Below, in pieces: positions 1-12,938 of a DNA stretch of 64,000 nucleotides (position 1 is its first letter; the number at the start of each line of letters is the position of its first letter). Both the position numbers and the translations under genes were made by a program. Origin of the DNA: Eledone cirrhosa (lineage: Eukaryota); contig OZ024741.1 in the NCBI GenBank assembly GCA_964016885.1, positions 352,966,001 to 353,030,000 of the forward strand, read 5' to 3'. Under the pieces are notes generated by a model. That model did no database searches. It saw only the letters and a program-made list of their open reading frames with translations, and had not been told where the DNA came from.

Positions 1-1010
1 GTAACCTTCCTGAACCCAAAGCTTCAAAACATACCGAAACCCACCGCACAACACCTTACTGGACTCCTTTGAAGAGGACCTGCTGAAAATGATCAAAAAC
101 GTTAAGCTCAGAAAGAAACACCAATCCATTCTTAACGTCCCTTGATACACTAATAACTAAAATCAAGAATGAGCCGCACCTCTTCGTCACCTCCGACAAA
201 ACCAAAAAGCTGTACAAGATGGACGCGAGTGGTTATAAAAAATTCATCTATAAGGAACTACACAAAGACTACAAAAAGACACCCTCTAGTACCCTAAATG
301 GACATAAATAGAGTAGGGAAGGATATAGTCACCAGCTTAGAAATAGAAAAGTACACTAACCCGTACGTCCCTCTGACGCCTAAATTTTCTCTTAAGGATC
401 ACAAATATGACTTTAATGAAAGCCCCTCTATTAGACTAATATGCCCCTCTACATCAGATATAGGTAAGATTAGTAAAGTGATCCTCGACAGAGTACTACT
501 CGAGCTTAATAGAAAGGCTAAGGTCTGCCTCTGGGGCAACACCGACCAGGTCATAAATTGGTTCACCGAGTTGCCGGATAAAGCCACCCTGAAATTTAAC
601 CGAGGAATTTCCTACATCCCTAACGCTAGCTCTAGAAACGACCCCCCTCATAAAACTAACGTTATAGTAAGCCATACCTATAACCGATCACGCGGCGACC
701 TCGTTGAAGTCGGATATAATAGAATAGATAACCGCACCAAAGATCACGTCGCCGGCGACGGTGAACGCTGTAGATTACTCAAACTATTCCCCTATTACAA
801 AACCAACAAAGGCGACGGCCTACTACCAACGCCTTCCAACCAACATCTTCGTGTACATAAACATGGAAGAGGTAGAAAGAGTGCACCCGAGCATAAAGTG
901 AAAGGTGCACCGAACGGGCGACTGCGCATTAACACACATAAGAGCGGTCACTTAGATGGAACCACCCGTAGCAAAAGTACAAGGAGACGTAATCGCCACC
1001 GTAACGTCCT

Positions 1011-1885
1011 ATGGTTCCACCCCCCTACTCTCGGAGTGTGGCCTCCAACATACACCGGATGTTCTTCGAAGCCTTAGAGAAGAACTTCCCGCCCAACCAT
1101 AGGTATAGAAAAATTCTTAATAGGAACAATATAAAAATATCCTTCTCTACTACTCCTAACCTAGCAGACATCATAGGAACAACGAACCACAGTAAGATCA
1201 CCAAGACACAGCACCTCGACACAGACGCACCTACACCTGACAATAACTATATTGGCCTTAACAACTCCCTGGCAGCATCCAATAGTGTTGGCAACGGCAT
1301 CCGCAGACGCAACCAGAATGACCGCGAAATGACTGTGGAACATGCAGAACATGACGTGCGGAATAACAATCACAACACCCCGCGTGCTGTGGGTTGTAAC
1401 TGTGCTAACGACAGCTGCGGTAGCGTAGGTAACAACGTAGGCAGCAACAATGATAGCCTTACCGTGGGAAATAGACGGAACCGCGACAGAAATTGCAACT
1501 GCCGCGACAGAGGACGCTGCCCCCTTAGAGGATACTGCTTGACTGATAGGGTTATATATAGATGCACTATTACTAGCCACAATAGCGTTAAACATTATAT
1601 AGGGGCCACCTCCAGCCCGTTCAAAATTAGGTTTCGAACACATCTCCACTCTTTCACAAATAGAAAACTAAGGCACTCCACTTCGCTCGCGGACTACATC
1701 ACATCACTAAAGGACTTAAACATCAGCTTCTCCACGCACTGGGAGATTGTCGGCAGGTCTGCATCCTTAAAAATTCAAGAGGAAATGCGATCTTTGCCTC
1801 ATGGAGCTCTACCACATCATAACTGCACCCCACGAGCTCATCAACAGCAGAGCTGAAACAGCGATAAGTTGTACACATCGCTTAA
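1011..1885 (+). pseudogene. PLE thumb/linker plus GIY-YIG endonuclease, frameshifted near the C-terminus
   Basis: VIYRC...HYIGATSSPFKIRFRTHLHSF in ORF 1011-1856. The C-terminal KCDLCLMELYHII...LINSRAETAISCTHR continues in another frame from about 1780. Confidence 0.88.
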
Positions 1886-2218
1886 AAATATCCTTCTTCA
1901 GATGGGTTAAGGATGAAGAGTGAAATAGTGCACTGGATCTCCCTGCAACAAATCTTAACACCCCGGCAAACAGGCGCTGCAAAATAACACCCAGGAAACA
2001 ATCCTTGCATACCAGACCCAGCCTCAGACAAACGGATGCGGCAAAAAAAAAAAAAAAAAAATTTGTCCGGGAAAGACTGCCCTAACACCGGCCAGAGTTA
2101 CCTCCCTTGACCTGCTGCAAAATCAAAACAAGATATTTTTGCGAGCAATGAACCTTGATGTGGATTTAACCCCCAAAACTCTTTCCGAGCAATATAAGGA
2201 ACACTTGTGATTATTTAT

Positions 2219-2258
2219 GCCCTTGAGAAGCCCAACTGGGCGAAACGTACGTAGGTGA
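2219..2258 (+). ncRNA. Minimal type I hammerhead ribozyme, variant core (UUGAGAA)
   Basis: cc-TTGAGAA-gccc aact gggc-GAAA-cgtacg-TA-gg. Helix III is palindromic (ACGTACGT) and the motif lies in the PLE 3' region, where such motifs are expected. Confidence 0.8.
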
Positions 2259-2438
2259 TATTTTAAATAAACATGTTTTAACGGTCTATTCTCCGATTTT
2301 TTACTTTCCCACGTATATATATATATATATATATAAATAACCGTCTTTGTTTTTGTAGTTGGTGGTGCTATTAGGGAGTTAAATATCATAATGAAATGAC
2401 AGGAGGCTGGATTTGTGTAAATCCTTGAAAGGTTTATT

Positions 2439-2496
2439 ATACTATGATCATTTCAATGACCGGGTTCCGTATGAATCCGGTGATATCATCAGGTAT
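2439..2496 (-). ncRNA. Hammerhead ribozyme-like motif, left arm of the fold-back
   Basis: Reverse-complement copy of 2653-2710. Confidence 0.65.
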
Positions 2497-2652
2497 TCGA
2501 AATATAATACGTGAATGTAATAGATAAAATCCATGGGGCTGAAAATCGAGGACCCGAGGCTGAGATTGAAGGAACAGAATAGCGGTCGCCCTCGGGTCCT
2601 CGATTTTCAGCACCATGGATTTTATCTATTACATTCACGTATTATATTTCGA

Positions 2653-2710
2653 ATACCTGATGATATCACCGGATTCATACGGAACCCGGTCATTGAAATG
2701 ATCATAGTAT
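2653..2710 (+). ncRNA. Hammerhead ribozyme-like motif, right arm of the fold-back
   Basis: atac-CTGATGA-tatc accgg..ccggt catt-GAAA-tgatca-TA-gtat followed by AATAAA. Stem I is atac/gtat, helix III is palindromic (ATGATCAT) and the base of stem II is imperfect. Confidence 0.65.
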
Positions 2711-2924
2711 AATAAACCTTTCAAGGATTTACACAAATCTAGCCTCCTGTCATTTCATTATGATATATATATATATATATCTATACATATGTATGTACAT
2801 ATATATATATATATTTGATGTGAAATCGAGTGTATAAACAGATATTGTTAAACTATACTCGGTCCTCTGTATTATCTTCGTTTTGGTTTTCTTTTATTCA
2901 ATCCATCATTAGTGCATGTGCTTT

Positions 2925-3117
2925 TATAGGGAGCATGGCCCTTCCATGTATAACTATACATAGTTAACCATTTTAGGAAAAATCATTTCCCCCAAATAGC
3001 TGACTGAATACGCACGTGCTTTTTCACATACATATTTTTTCCATTCCCCGATTGAATCTGTGACTTATATATATCTATATATTTGAAGTGTGCATTCATT
3101 TCTGGGACACCCTCTAT
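2925..3117 (+). mobile_element. Possible Tc1/mariner remnant
   Basis: TTTCTGGGACACCCTCTA at about 3099-3116 resembles a TACAGGGTGTCCCA-type TIR. A decayed SPDLNPxD-like stretch lies at about 3040-3066. Confidence 0.35.
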
Positions 3118-3160
3118 ATGTAAGTATATATACAGGAGGAGGGATATATATATATATATA

Positions 3161-3265
3161 TTATTGAATAAAATGACAGGAGCCTGGACTGGTGAAATTC
3201 CTTAAGATTTGATAAATCTTTAAGGAATTTCACCAGTCCAGCCTCCTCTCATTTTACTCAATAAT
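3161..3265. repeat. ~100-bp hairpin related to the 2383-2766 fold-back family
   Basis: ttattgaataaaatgacaggagcctggactggtgaaattccttaagattt pairs with aaatctttaaggaatttcaccagtccagcctcctctcattttactcaataa. It shares aaatgacaggag-ctgga and the flanking gcaccaccaac with 2355-2412. Confidence 0.85.
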
Positions 3266-3403
3266 AATTAACTCCGTTCTCGCACCACCAACAAGATTCA
3301 ACATAAACGAAGATGGGTGAATTGCATTACGTCGAATGCTTTTCCTTTGCATCACGGTTGACTATACGGAATGACCAGTTCTATCCAGTGGTGAACCAAC
3401 AAA

Positions 3404-3464
<61 letters not shown>

Positions 3465-4051
3465 CTCGGTGAATGGCTAATACAGAAATGGAAGCGAAGA
3501 AATAGATATAGACATTATAATAAAAAGCAAACAAACAAACATACCGAATTACTGTGCAGTACAACTATCCATATCACATATATACTACAAACTTAATCGA
3601 AAAAAACCCCCCAAAACAACAAAAATCACTTTGAAACTCTTCGATGTTTTATTACGGAAATTCCGGTGTCAGCAGCGTTATGACGTCAGTAAAAAGGTAA
3701 AGATTTCCTATACAGTAGCAGTGCGGCTGACTGTAACTTATGTTAAGCTAATGAATAAAGAAAACAATGTAACTCATATGCCACTTACCTCGTAAAATAT
3801 TGAACAAATAAATGATTAAATATATAAATATATAAAATAGAAACCTAAAATGGAAAAATAAGTTTAAATGAAATCAGCGAAACTAAAAATAGAGAACATT
3901 AATTCACGTAAACATATTGCTTGATAAGGTATATTGAATTTTGTACTACTTTTAAAGGAATTTCCTTTCTGATAGTGACTTCCTTCATATTTTTCGCTTT
4001 CTACTATTGCTTACCTTTTACTTTCTTATCTCTTATCCTTGTTTTCTCTCC

Positions 4052-4200
<149 letters not shown>

Positions 4201-4281
4201 ACACATACGCCACACTCTCTTTTAATCTATCTATCTAAGTATCTATCCATTTATCGATCCATTCACCCATCTATCTATCTA

Positions 4282-4379
4282 TGCATTTGTGATAATATTT
4301 TACACGTTTTTATTGTATGTAAACTTCCCCCTTTGTATTTGTCCCCTTCTTTTGTGCCCCTGTGGCTAATAAAGAAACA
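4282..4379 (+). mobile_element. ~100-bp 3' terminus of the TATC-type Tx1 element
   Basis: Near-identical to 11673-11770 and bounded by (TATC)n on both sides. Confidence 0.9.
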
Positions 4380-4430
<51 letters not shown>

Positions 4431-6040
4431 AGATCTAAGGTCGGCACCTTACTGGAGGAGTACGAAAAGTTCACAGGGGCTAAGCTGAACCGGGACAAGT
4501 CGATCGGTTTGCAACTCGGCACGTGGAGGGGCAGACCGATGCCCTCCGATAGCGTCGTCGGACGCTGGACGGAGGGCCCGGTGAAGTTGCTCGGGGTCTG
4601 GTTCGGACCGGACCTCCAGGTGGAGAAAAACTGGGCGGAGGTTACGAACAGGGTGTTTGCACTGACCCAGAAGTGGGCCAGTTGCAAACTATCCCCGAAA
4701 GGTCGGGCGGAGGTGGCGAACACCTACATAGCGTCCGTCATCTACTACCGCCTGACCGTAGTGCCCTGCCCAAGGGAAACCCTCACCAAGATGGAGCGCG
4801 CGCTCTTCCAATTCCTTTGGAAGAGGCGGGCTCCTATGGTGAGGAGATCCATCTGCTGTCAACACCCTTCGAAAGGAGGGCTGGGGATGCCGTGGCTAAT
4901 GATGCGTAAACACGCATTAAGGCTACGGCACCTCTACGTATTCCTCACCGGACAACCGGTGTGGGCCTCGTTTGTGAGACGAACCTTTCCCAGACTCGTC
5001 TCACTCACCGAGCTGCAATCCTGGGTCAAGCAAAGACCGAGAAAACTGGGCGCCTGGCACACTGAGTGTGCCCAGGCGCTCACCGCCCTCTGGCAGGCGG
5101 ATCCGGTTATCAGTGGAGACTCCACCGCAACATTCTATAGAGGGCTGGTACGCAGCAGGTGCGACGACGCCCTCGGAGAAGCCCTAGACATGGAGGAGGA
5201 CGAACTGGCCAGCCTGTTCGGTAGGACATTCAGCCCGGGACCTATGGACAACTTCCAGAAGTCCCTGGCCTGGCAGTGCTACCGAGGGGCTTTACCCGTT
5301 CGAGAAAGGCTCTACAGACACGGGCGCCCGGGTAGGGACCCCGCCAAAAAGATCTGTCCCAGATGCGTGTGCGACGAGGAAACCGTTGCACACGCATTAG
5401 TACACTGCTCGGGCGTAGCCGATCTGTGGGGCTATGTCGAACAACTGCTGTCAAGGGTGGGACCGATCCGGTTGACCACCGAGTCTATTGTAATGATCAA
5501 GCCGCCCCCCCCCCCCCCCTTCAAAGATGAAGCAGAGGCGGTGTTTCTGTGCGTAATAGCCATGGCGAAAGAGGTTGTATGGTGGACGCGTCTGAAAGGA
5601 CTGAGGTCGGGCACCTTTCTCTCTGGCCAACAACTGGTCCGGTTCTTCCGATATCATTTCGGAAGAAGGATCAGGATGGAGAGAGAGGTGCTGCACCCCA
5701 GCCGTTTCTATGAAAGATGGGTGAAAGTGGCGAGAATGGCCCGTGTGAATGGGCCTTCACTCTACATCAGACTATAGGTGAGGAAGATGAAAGACCAAGG
5801 GAGCACCCCTTCTCTGTGCTCCTGAGGAGAAGGGTTGCACACTTTTTTTCGGGGGTGTGTGCGACCCCCCAAGGCGCCTCCTCTCTATTGAGGATTTTGT
5901 TAAAAATTTTATTTTTTGTTATATCTTATTTTATTTTTATATTTTGTTATTGCCTTCTCCTTATTGAGGACGCCTTTTTGTGTAAACTCCCCCCTTTGTA
6001 CTTGTCCCACTTTTGATGCCCTAGTGGCAAATAAAAGAAA
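4431..6040 (+). mobile_element. 5'-truncated Tx1-clade LINE (ORF2 C-terminal part plus 3' UTR) in (TATC)n
   Basis: VKLLGVWFG, LSPKGRAEVANTYIAS, GGLGMP and CCHC CPRC..EETVAHALVHC, with a stop at 5777. Ends gtggcaaataaaagaaa plus (TATC)n; (TATC)n 4380-4430 lies upstream. Confidence 0.93.
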
Positions 6041-6042
6041 TA

Positions 6043-6092
<50 letters not shown>

Positions 6093-6314
6093 CCAGACGT
6101 GTGTAACTTCGCGGAGAAGTTTCCGTTAATTTATGTAAGAAAAAAAACGTGAGTTTTCAGTTAAATGTTATATTATTGTGTAACTTGACCCCCCGTCTGG
6201 ACCTTCAGGTGGTGGGTCAACTCATTTTCGCCCCTACAGGGGCGAAATATTCGTTTCAAAAATGTTTTCTCCATCGAATTTAGGAAAAAATATCGTAAGA
6301 AGTTTGATTACGTT

Positions 6315-8218
6315 ATGCACGCTGCGTTCAACGATAATGGTGGTGGAGAGTCGGTAATTCTACATAGCTCGCAGTCAATATCGTCTTCTTCCCTAGATAC
6401 TATGGCGATGGAAAGAGGAAATGAAAATATAAAAACAAATTCATATCCAAACAACACAAATGACACGAAACAGTTCAATGACAACAAAAATAACAACAAC
6501 ACCAATAATGATGATAAAAACAACAATGACAACAACAACAAAGAAAAAATAAAGACAACACCAATAACACCAGCATCAAAGACAACAACAACACCAACAC
6601 CAACACCAAGGAAAATACGAATAATATCAACATCAGTGACAACAAGAATAACAACAACAATACAACAATAATGACAACACCACCAACACGGATAATTCCA
6701 CAAAGAAACCAAAAATCTCCTTTGCACTGACAGTTAAAAAAAAGGAGGAACTGACATATCTCGACATAACAAATGCCGAACAACTTTTAAAGGACGCTAG
6801 GAGATATGTCACTTTCGAAAAAAATAGTGCTTTCAGCATCAATTCTCCGGTAGAAATTCGCAAGGAAACTGCTCTCAAAACGATAGTTTTTAGGACAGTT
6901 TCCAATTCTACCCGAAAACCAGTCCAATTGTCACAGAAAGAAATTGAACTGGTTTTCAAAAATTCAATGAATGATATTGCATTCATTCAAAGAAGCAAAC
7001 TCTTTGGGAGTATTTCGGTACTCATGAAGGATCAATTGACGGCCCAAAATTACTCTGTGTCGCCAATTGTATCCAACCTGTATACCTTTTTCCCTACATA
7101 CATGGGAAAAAGGACACAAAAGATTAAAATCACGAGTGTCACACCAAAGGTGAACATATGGTGGATACTGTGCGGCTTCATCAATTTTGATGAAGATAGA
7201 ATACTGTCAGTAGGAAAGTCCACCAGAGATGTATTCAATGGGACTAGCATTGAAGTTCTGGTGCAAATGAGCCCAGAGCGAATAGCAATGATCCCACAAC
7301 GTGTACTCCTGGACGGACTCACCTACATAAACTTTTCGGTTGAGGGTAGGCGGCCTTCATGTTACCACTGCTTTAGCAGGGGTCACCTGAGGGCTTCCTG
7401 TCCTAAATTAATGAGTAAAAAAAGGCTCTTCTGCCGACACCCATCAAAACAACACAACCACCAACACACCACAACAACAACAACACCAACACACAAAAAT
7501 AATCACAACAAACACAGTCCCACCCAACCCCACTCCACCTAAAACCACTGCAAAATCACATACAGACACAACAGCTCCCCAAGACATACCCCTCTCCAAT
7601 CACACAGACGATACAACAGATGAGGCTATCTCGCCATCACCCAGTGAAGACGAGGGAGAACCCCATCGCTCGAAAAGAAATATAAGACATCACAAATGCA
7701 AAAAACCAGCAAACACTACCACAAACATACAACCACCAACACAAACAACAAAAACATCCCAAACAAAACGCCCGCCTCCTGAAAACAAAATACCTACAAC
7801 AAAACGAAAGCACACACAAGAACTACAGACAAAAACAAACACAACACAAGAAAATTACACTTACACTTACATAAACACTGAAAACAAAACACTAATGGAG
7901 ACCATCACGAACGACCCTTCGGTGAAAACCGAAGGGAAAACTTTCGCCCAATCTATTAAAAATAACAAAAAACTGAACCTAAAACTGATTAGGGTCCCTA
8001 TACAAACTTATAGGTCCCTAAAAGAAACATTTGAGAAGGATGTGGGGAATTCCTGCGTGAAAACACTTAACCGCGTCCTTATCAAATGTCTCCCCACCCC
8101 AGACACCCCCATCCCACCAGACCCCACCCCACCAAACATCTCCGTCCCCACTCCGCCGGAAACCAACACCCCCATGGAAATCGTGCGGCCTGGTCCCCAG
8201 GAGACGAAGGGTAAGTGA
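6315..8218 (+). pseudogene. Tx1 ORF1 (Asn/Thr-rich N-terminus, CCHC knuckle), frameshifted
   Basis: ORF pieces 6315-6671, 6928-7542 (VEGRRPSCYHCFSRGHLRASC) and 7895-8218. Confidence 0.85.
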
Positions 8219-8251
8219 TCTCTTTTCCTCTTTTAACTTTTCAGCACCAAC

Positions 8252-11200
8252 ATGGCCAATATAAGAGTTGGATGTGTGAACGTACACGGCCTGGGGATGC
8301 CCTGGAAACAGGGCAAACTCTTAAACGACCTCGGGTCGCACAGTATGGATGTGGTAGCCATTTGCGAGTTCAGGATCCACAGCGAGCGACAGCTGGCCCC
8401 CATCTTCGATGACTTTGAGATCTACGCATCTCTCTCTGTCAGCCGGGGGGTGGGGGTGGAGTTGCCGTTTTGCTGCGGAAACACCTGGGCCTCGTAACAC
8501 AGACAGTACATCTGGACCCGGAGGGTCGACTGGTGGTCCTAGACGTTGACGGTAGTGGCTGGTAGCTGCATATGCCCCATCCGGGACACCACGGCCAGAC
8601 TTCTTCAAACGTCTAGAGACTTTTCTGGGAACGTCCCGCTCCTTGCTTTTAGTGGGGGACTGGAATGGAATCCTAGATGCACGTTGGGACTATGTGGGAG
8701 CATGTCCCGATAAAGGGGGGTGTAACAGCCTCAAACAGTTAATCGACCGATTTGACCTGGCCGATAGATATCGACTAGATTTTCCGACTGTACCACTGGA
8801 CTAATCGTAGCAGAACATCTAGATCGTACCTAGATAGGGTTCTAGTTAGAAATAAGGATAGGGACATGTTAAGCTGTCCACAAATGTTCATGGTTGCCTA
8901 TTCAGATCACAAACTAGTGACCTGCATGGCCAACCTTGATAGAACCCATAGACAAGGACCCGGCTACTGGAAGCTGAACTTGTCGTTAACGACAAGCAAA
9001 GCCTACAGTAGACGGATTAGCACTTTAGTTAAACAGCACTTGACAGGGGCCACTGTCAACAACAGATGGTGGTACTCTCTCAAGAGGGCAGTTAGATTAG
9101 ACTCGTTAGTTTTTAGTAAAGAATTAGCGTTAGATAGAAATAGAACCGAGAAGGAACTGGTAGATAAAGTAGAAGAGGCAATTAGAAGTGGCAACGTAGC
9201 CAGCGTGCTAGCAACGAGAACGGCCTTGGACCAGTTCTTCGACGCAAAGCACGAGGGCTGCGTTGTCAGAAGCAAAATACGTGCTCTGGGAAACGAGGGA
9301 GCCAAAGCTGTTAGCTGGGCCCGAGTGACGGAGGCAAAAAGTAGCAACAAGTCCACGATTCGGTCTTTGAAGGACCAAAACGGACGCGTGATACGTGAGC
9401 CGAAGCGGCACTTTGCTTAACTGTTCGGGCGGGGCGGCGCGCCGGGAGGGGCTATGGATTTTGGTCCATACCTCGACGGCCTACCGCGACTCTCGGACAG
9501 CGAGGCAAAGTTCTGCGAAAAGTCTCGACGGTCTACCATACGAATTTTACGTAGCAATGCCGGACTTATTCTCCAGTCTCCTGGAAGCGGTCTACTGCAA
9601 CTGGCAACAGAACGGGAGAATTCCCAGTTCTGTAACCGTCAGGAAGGACGAGAATAAGGGGGATGACATAGGCAACTTCCGGCCCATAACTCTGCTAAAT
9701 ACAGAGTTACAGATTTTGACCAAGGTGTTGGCAAAGAGGCTGGGAGAAGCGCAGACATGCACAATCCCGACCAGGTCGATACACGACAACCTCCACCTCA
9801 TGCGATACATCATAGAGAGGGTAGGGTGTAAACCCGGCTTCGGTGGGGCTCTGATCAACTTGGATCAGTCTAAGGCTTTCGATAGGGTTGACCATCGTTA
9901 CCTGGATGCGGTGCTCGAGGCGGCAGGCTTCGGACCCGTGTTCAGGGGCTGAATTGCTGCAATGCATAACAGCAACATCTGCTCAAGAGTCAAGGTGAAC
10001 GGCTACCTGGATGCGGTGCCGTTCCATATTACGCGATCCATTCGACAGGGATGCCCTCTCTCCTCCCTTCTGTACGTACTGACTCTCGAGCCACTACTGC
10101 GGAAGTTGGAGCGATTGCAGGGCATCCCTCTGGAACCGGGACTGCGGAAAGCGGCGTCGGCCTACGCCGACGACGTGACAGTAATGGTGTCGAGCGCCTC
10201 GCAAATCGAGGAAGTCGGCACCTTACTGAAGGAATAAGAAAGTTTCACAGGAGCGAAGCTGAACCGGGACAAGTCCATCGGTTTGCAACTCGGATCGTGG
10301 AGAGGCAAACCGGTGCCTTCCGATGGTGTCGTCGGACGCTGGACGGAAGGACCGGTAAAGCTGCTCGGGGTCTGGTTTGGTCCGGACCTCCAGGTGGAGA
10401 AGAACTGGAACGAAGTGACGGCCAAGGTGTTTGCACTCACCCAGAAGTGGGCCGAGTGCAAACTATCCTTGAAAGGTCGAGCGGAGGTGGCGAACACTTT
10501 TATAGCGTCCGCCATCTACTACAGCTTTACCGTCTTGCCTTGTCTAGCCAAAATGCTCTCCAAATTGGAGCGCGCGCTCTTCCAATTCCTTTGGAAGAGG
10601 CGGGCTCCTTTGGTGAGAAGATCCATCTTCTGCCAACACCCTTCTAACGGAGACCTGGGGATGCCGTGGTTGACGATGCGCAAACACGCGCTCAGGCTGC
10701 GGCATCTTTACGTATTCCTCACCGGACAACCGGTGTTGGCCCCGTTCGTGAGGCGAGCCTTCCCACGACTCGTCTCGCTGACCGAGCTGCAGTCCTGGGT
10801 CAAGCAAAGACCGAGGAAAATGGGCGACTGGCACATCGAATGTGCTCAGGCGCTCACAGCCCTCTGGCAGGCGGACCCGGCGAACAGTGGAGACTCCACT
10901 TCGTCATTCTATAGAGGGTTGATCCGCAGCAAGTGCGACGACGCGCTCGGTGAAACTCTAGGCGTAGAGGAAGATGAACTGGCCAGTCTGTTCGGTAGGA
11001 CCTTCCGTCCGGGACCGATGGACAACTTCCAAAAGTCCCTGGCCTGGCAGTGCTACCGAGTAGCTCTACCAGTTCGCGACAAGCTCTACAGACATGGGCA
11101 CCCTGGCACGGACCCTGCAAAAAAGATCTGTCCGAGGTGCGTGTGTAACGAATAAACCGTCGCGCACGCATTCATACACTGCCCGGGCGTCACTGACCTG

Positions 11201-11531
11201 TGGGGCTATGTAGAACGACTATTGTCGGGTATTGACCACCGAGTCCATTGTCATGATCAAACCGCCACCCTCCTTCAAAAACGAAGGAGAGGCGGTTTTC
11301 CTTTGTGTGATAGCTATGGCGAAAGAGGTTGTATGGTGGACAAGGTTGAAAGGGCTGAGGTCAGACACCTTTCTCTCCAGCCAACAACTGATTCTTTTTT
11401 TCAAATACCACTTTGGAAGAAGAATCAGGATGGAGAGAGAGGTGCTGTACCCCAGCAAGTTTTATGAAAGGTGGGTGAAAGTGGCGAGAATGGCCCGAGT
11501 GAATGGGCCTTCTCTCTATATCAGCCTGTAG
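8252..11531 (+). pseudogene. Tx1 ORF2 (APE endonuclease-RT-CCHC), many stops and frameshifts
   Basis: NVHGL, GDWN, SYLDR, SDH, GPGYWKLN, FRPITLLN, LDQSKAFDRVDH and AYADD, spread over several frames. Confidence 0.93.
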
Positions 11532-11770
11532 GTTGAGGAAAAGGAGGAGGAGAGGAAAGGAGTACAAACTCTTCGTACTCCTGGAGTTGAGGGTTGCACA
11601 TTTTATCGGGGGTATGTGTTACCCATATGAACTGTCTCCCTCTATTGGGGAAAATCGACTAATTTTTTAAATTGCATTTGTGATAACATTTTACACGTTT
11701 TTATTGTATGTAAACTTCCCCCTTTGTATTTGTCCCCTTCTTTTGTGCCCCTGTGGCTAATAAATAAACA

Positions 11771-11872
<102 letters not shown>

Positions 11873-11922
11873 TTAAACGAATCTCCTCCTCCCCATCCTC
11901 CCCCTCTCCTCCTCCCATCCCA

Positions 11923-12270
11923 TTCTTCTTCTTCTTCTTCTTCTTCTTCTTCTTCTTCTTCTTCTTCTTCTTCTTCTTCTTCTTTGCTCACTTATTCTCG
12001 GAAAGGTCGTGAGGAGGCAGATTCCTCAAACACTCCTTCCAGTGGATCCTCTCAGAAGAAACCGTCTCCAGTTGATCCGGCTGGATTCCTAAGCAAAACC
12101 AGCCGAACTCATGGATGTTATCCAACCATCTTGTTCGGGATCTACCCGTGGTTCTCCTTGTCAGTTGGTTTTGTCCGTAAAATATCTCCAGAAATTATTT
12201 CCTGAGACATTCTAAGCACATTCTTGTAATATGGGACCTGTGATCTTTCAATTCAGAGAACTAGTGGCCC
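11923..12270 (-). mobile_element. 3' end of an RTE-clade LINE with a (GAA)n tail
   Basis: Minus strand reads IERSQ...GRSRTRWLDNIHEFGWFCLGIQPDQLETVSSERIHWKECLRNLPP, followed by (GAA)n at 11923-11983. Confidence 0.8.
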
Positions 12271-12679
12271 TACACAAAGCGACCCTCTAACGTTACTCCA
12301 TTTTTACGATCAAGGAAAACGACGTGTACGAATTCTGAAGAAACAAACGAAAACAACTCGAGTTAACGCCCTTTTTTTATAAGGGCACACATGTAATATA
12401 GCGCTTGCGGCCGGCCTGATGATGAACCATATCTCATGCGACCCTGCTTCTCGAAAAAGGTTGCCCATGGCTGATATAGCATATACAAAATGTCAAGTAC
12501 ACTACACTATCAACAACTCGCCAACATAATATTAATAACATCATCTTGTATTTGTTTTGCAAGATCTTTTTGTGCTGAAACGAATTTGTTATACTTCGGG
12601 AAGGCCATGCTGCCAATAAAACACACACACACACACACACCAATTGAGTTTCAATGAGGTTCTATTATTAGTTAGGCAA

Positions 12680-12872
12680 GTAGGGTAGCAGAATCATCAT
12701 AGCATCAGGTAAAATACTTCGTGGTGTTTTTTCCGGCTTTTACCTTCTCCATTCAAATCCTGTTGAGGTCAACCTTGCGATTAATCTTTCTAGAATCGAT
12801 GAACCAAAGAACCAGTTAAGTACCGAGGTCGATATAATCAACCTTAACCTTCCTCTAAATTGTTGGTCTTGT
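12680..12872 (+). mobile_element. Old, diverged copy of the main tRNA-headed SINE
   Basis: ttcaaatcctgttgaggtcaaccttgc...tcgatgaa...accagt...aattgttggtcttgtg matches the family layout. Confidence 0.7.
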
Positions 12873-12938
12873 GAATTATTAGTTATGTAAATAATTCATT
12901 CCTCAGTTAGGAGGGTTATTCAATTGTCATATTTGATT

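Larger units (their letters stand above)
1..2310 (+). mobile_element. Penelope-like retroelement (Naiad/Neptune-like), RT core deleted, cut by the window start
   Basis: Pre-RT motifs (SLKDHK..F...PSIRLICPSTSDIGKISKVILD, LWGNTDQVINWF) break off near 597 with no RT catalytic motif after them. Then WFHPPYSRSVASNI, a CNCRDRGRCPLRGYC linker, GIY-YIG, a hammerhead at 2219-2258, AATAAA and a (TA)n end. Confidence 0.88.
2383..2766. repeat. Long inverted repeat (177-bp arms, 30-bp spacer) built from a PLE terminal segment
   Basis: 2383-2559 is the reverse complement of 2590-2766 with two visible mismatches. (TA)n tracts lie nearby on both sides. Confidence 0.95.
6092..11770 (+). mobile_element. Apparently full-length, decayed Tx1-clade LINE flanked by (TATC)n
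   Basis: 5' UTR hairpins, ORF1 with a zinc knuckle, ORF2 with APE endonuclease, RT (QGCPLS, AYADD) and a C-terminal CCHC. (TATC)n at 6041-6091 and 11771-11872. Confidence 0.95.

Noticed and set aside
1380-1885. Selenoprotein (UGA-Cys) Naiad-type PLE
   Set aside because: The conserved Cys positions use TGC/TGT; there is no in-frame TGA and I recognised no SECIS.
8216-8254. Conserved stop-codon readthrough or fixed frameshift fusing ORF1 to ORF2
   Set aside because: The ORFs are in frame only in this copy; spacing differs at 38803-38839 and 60504-60537. A 34-nt intron to the nearby ttttcag is too short.
12414-12460. CTGATGA hammerhead candidate
   Set aside because: No convincing stem II, GAAA spacing or stem I.
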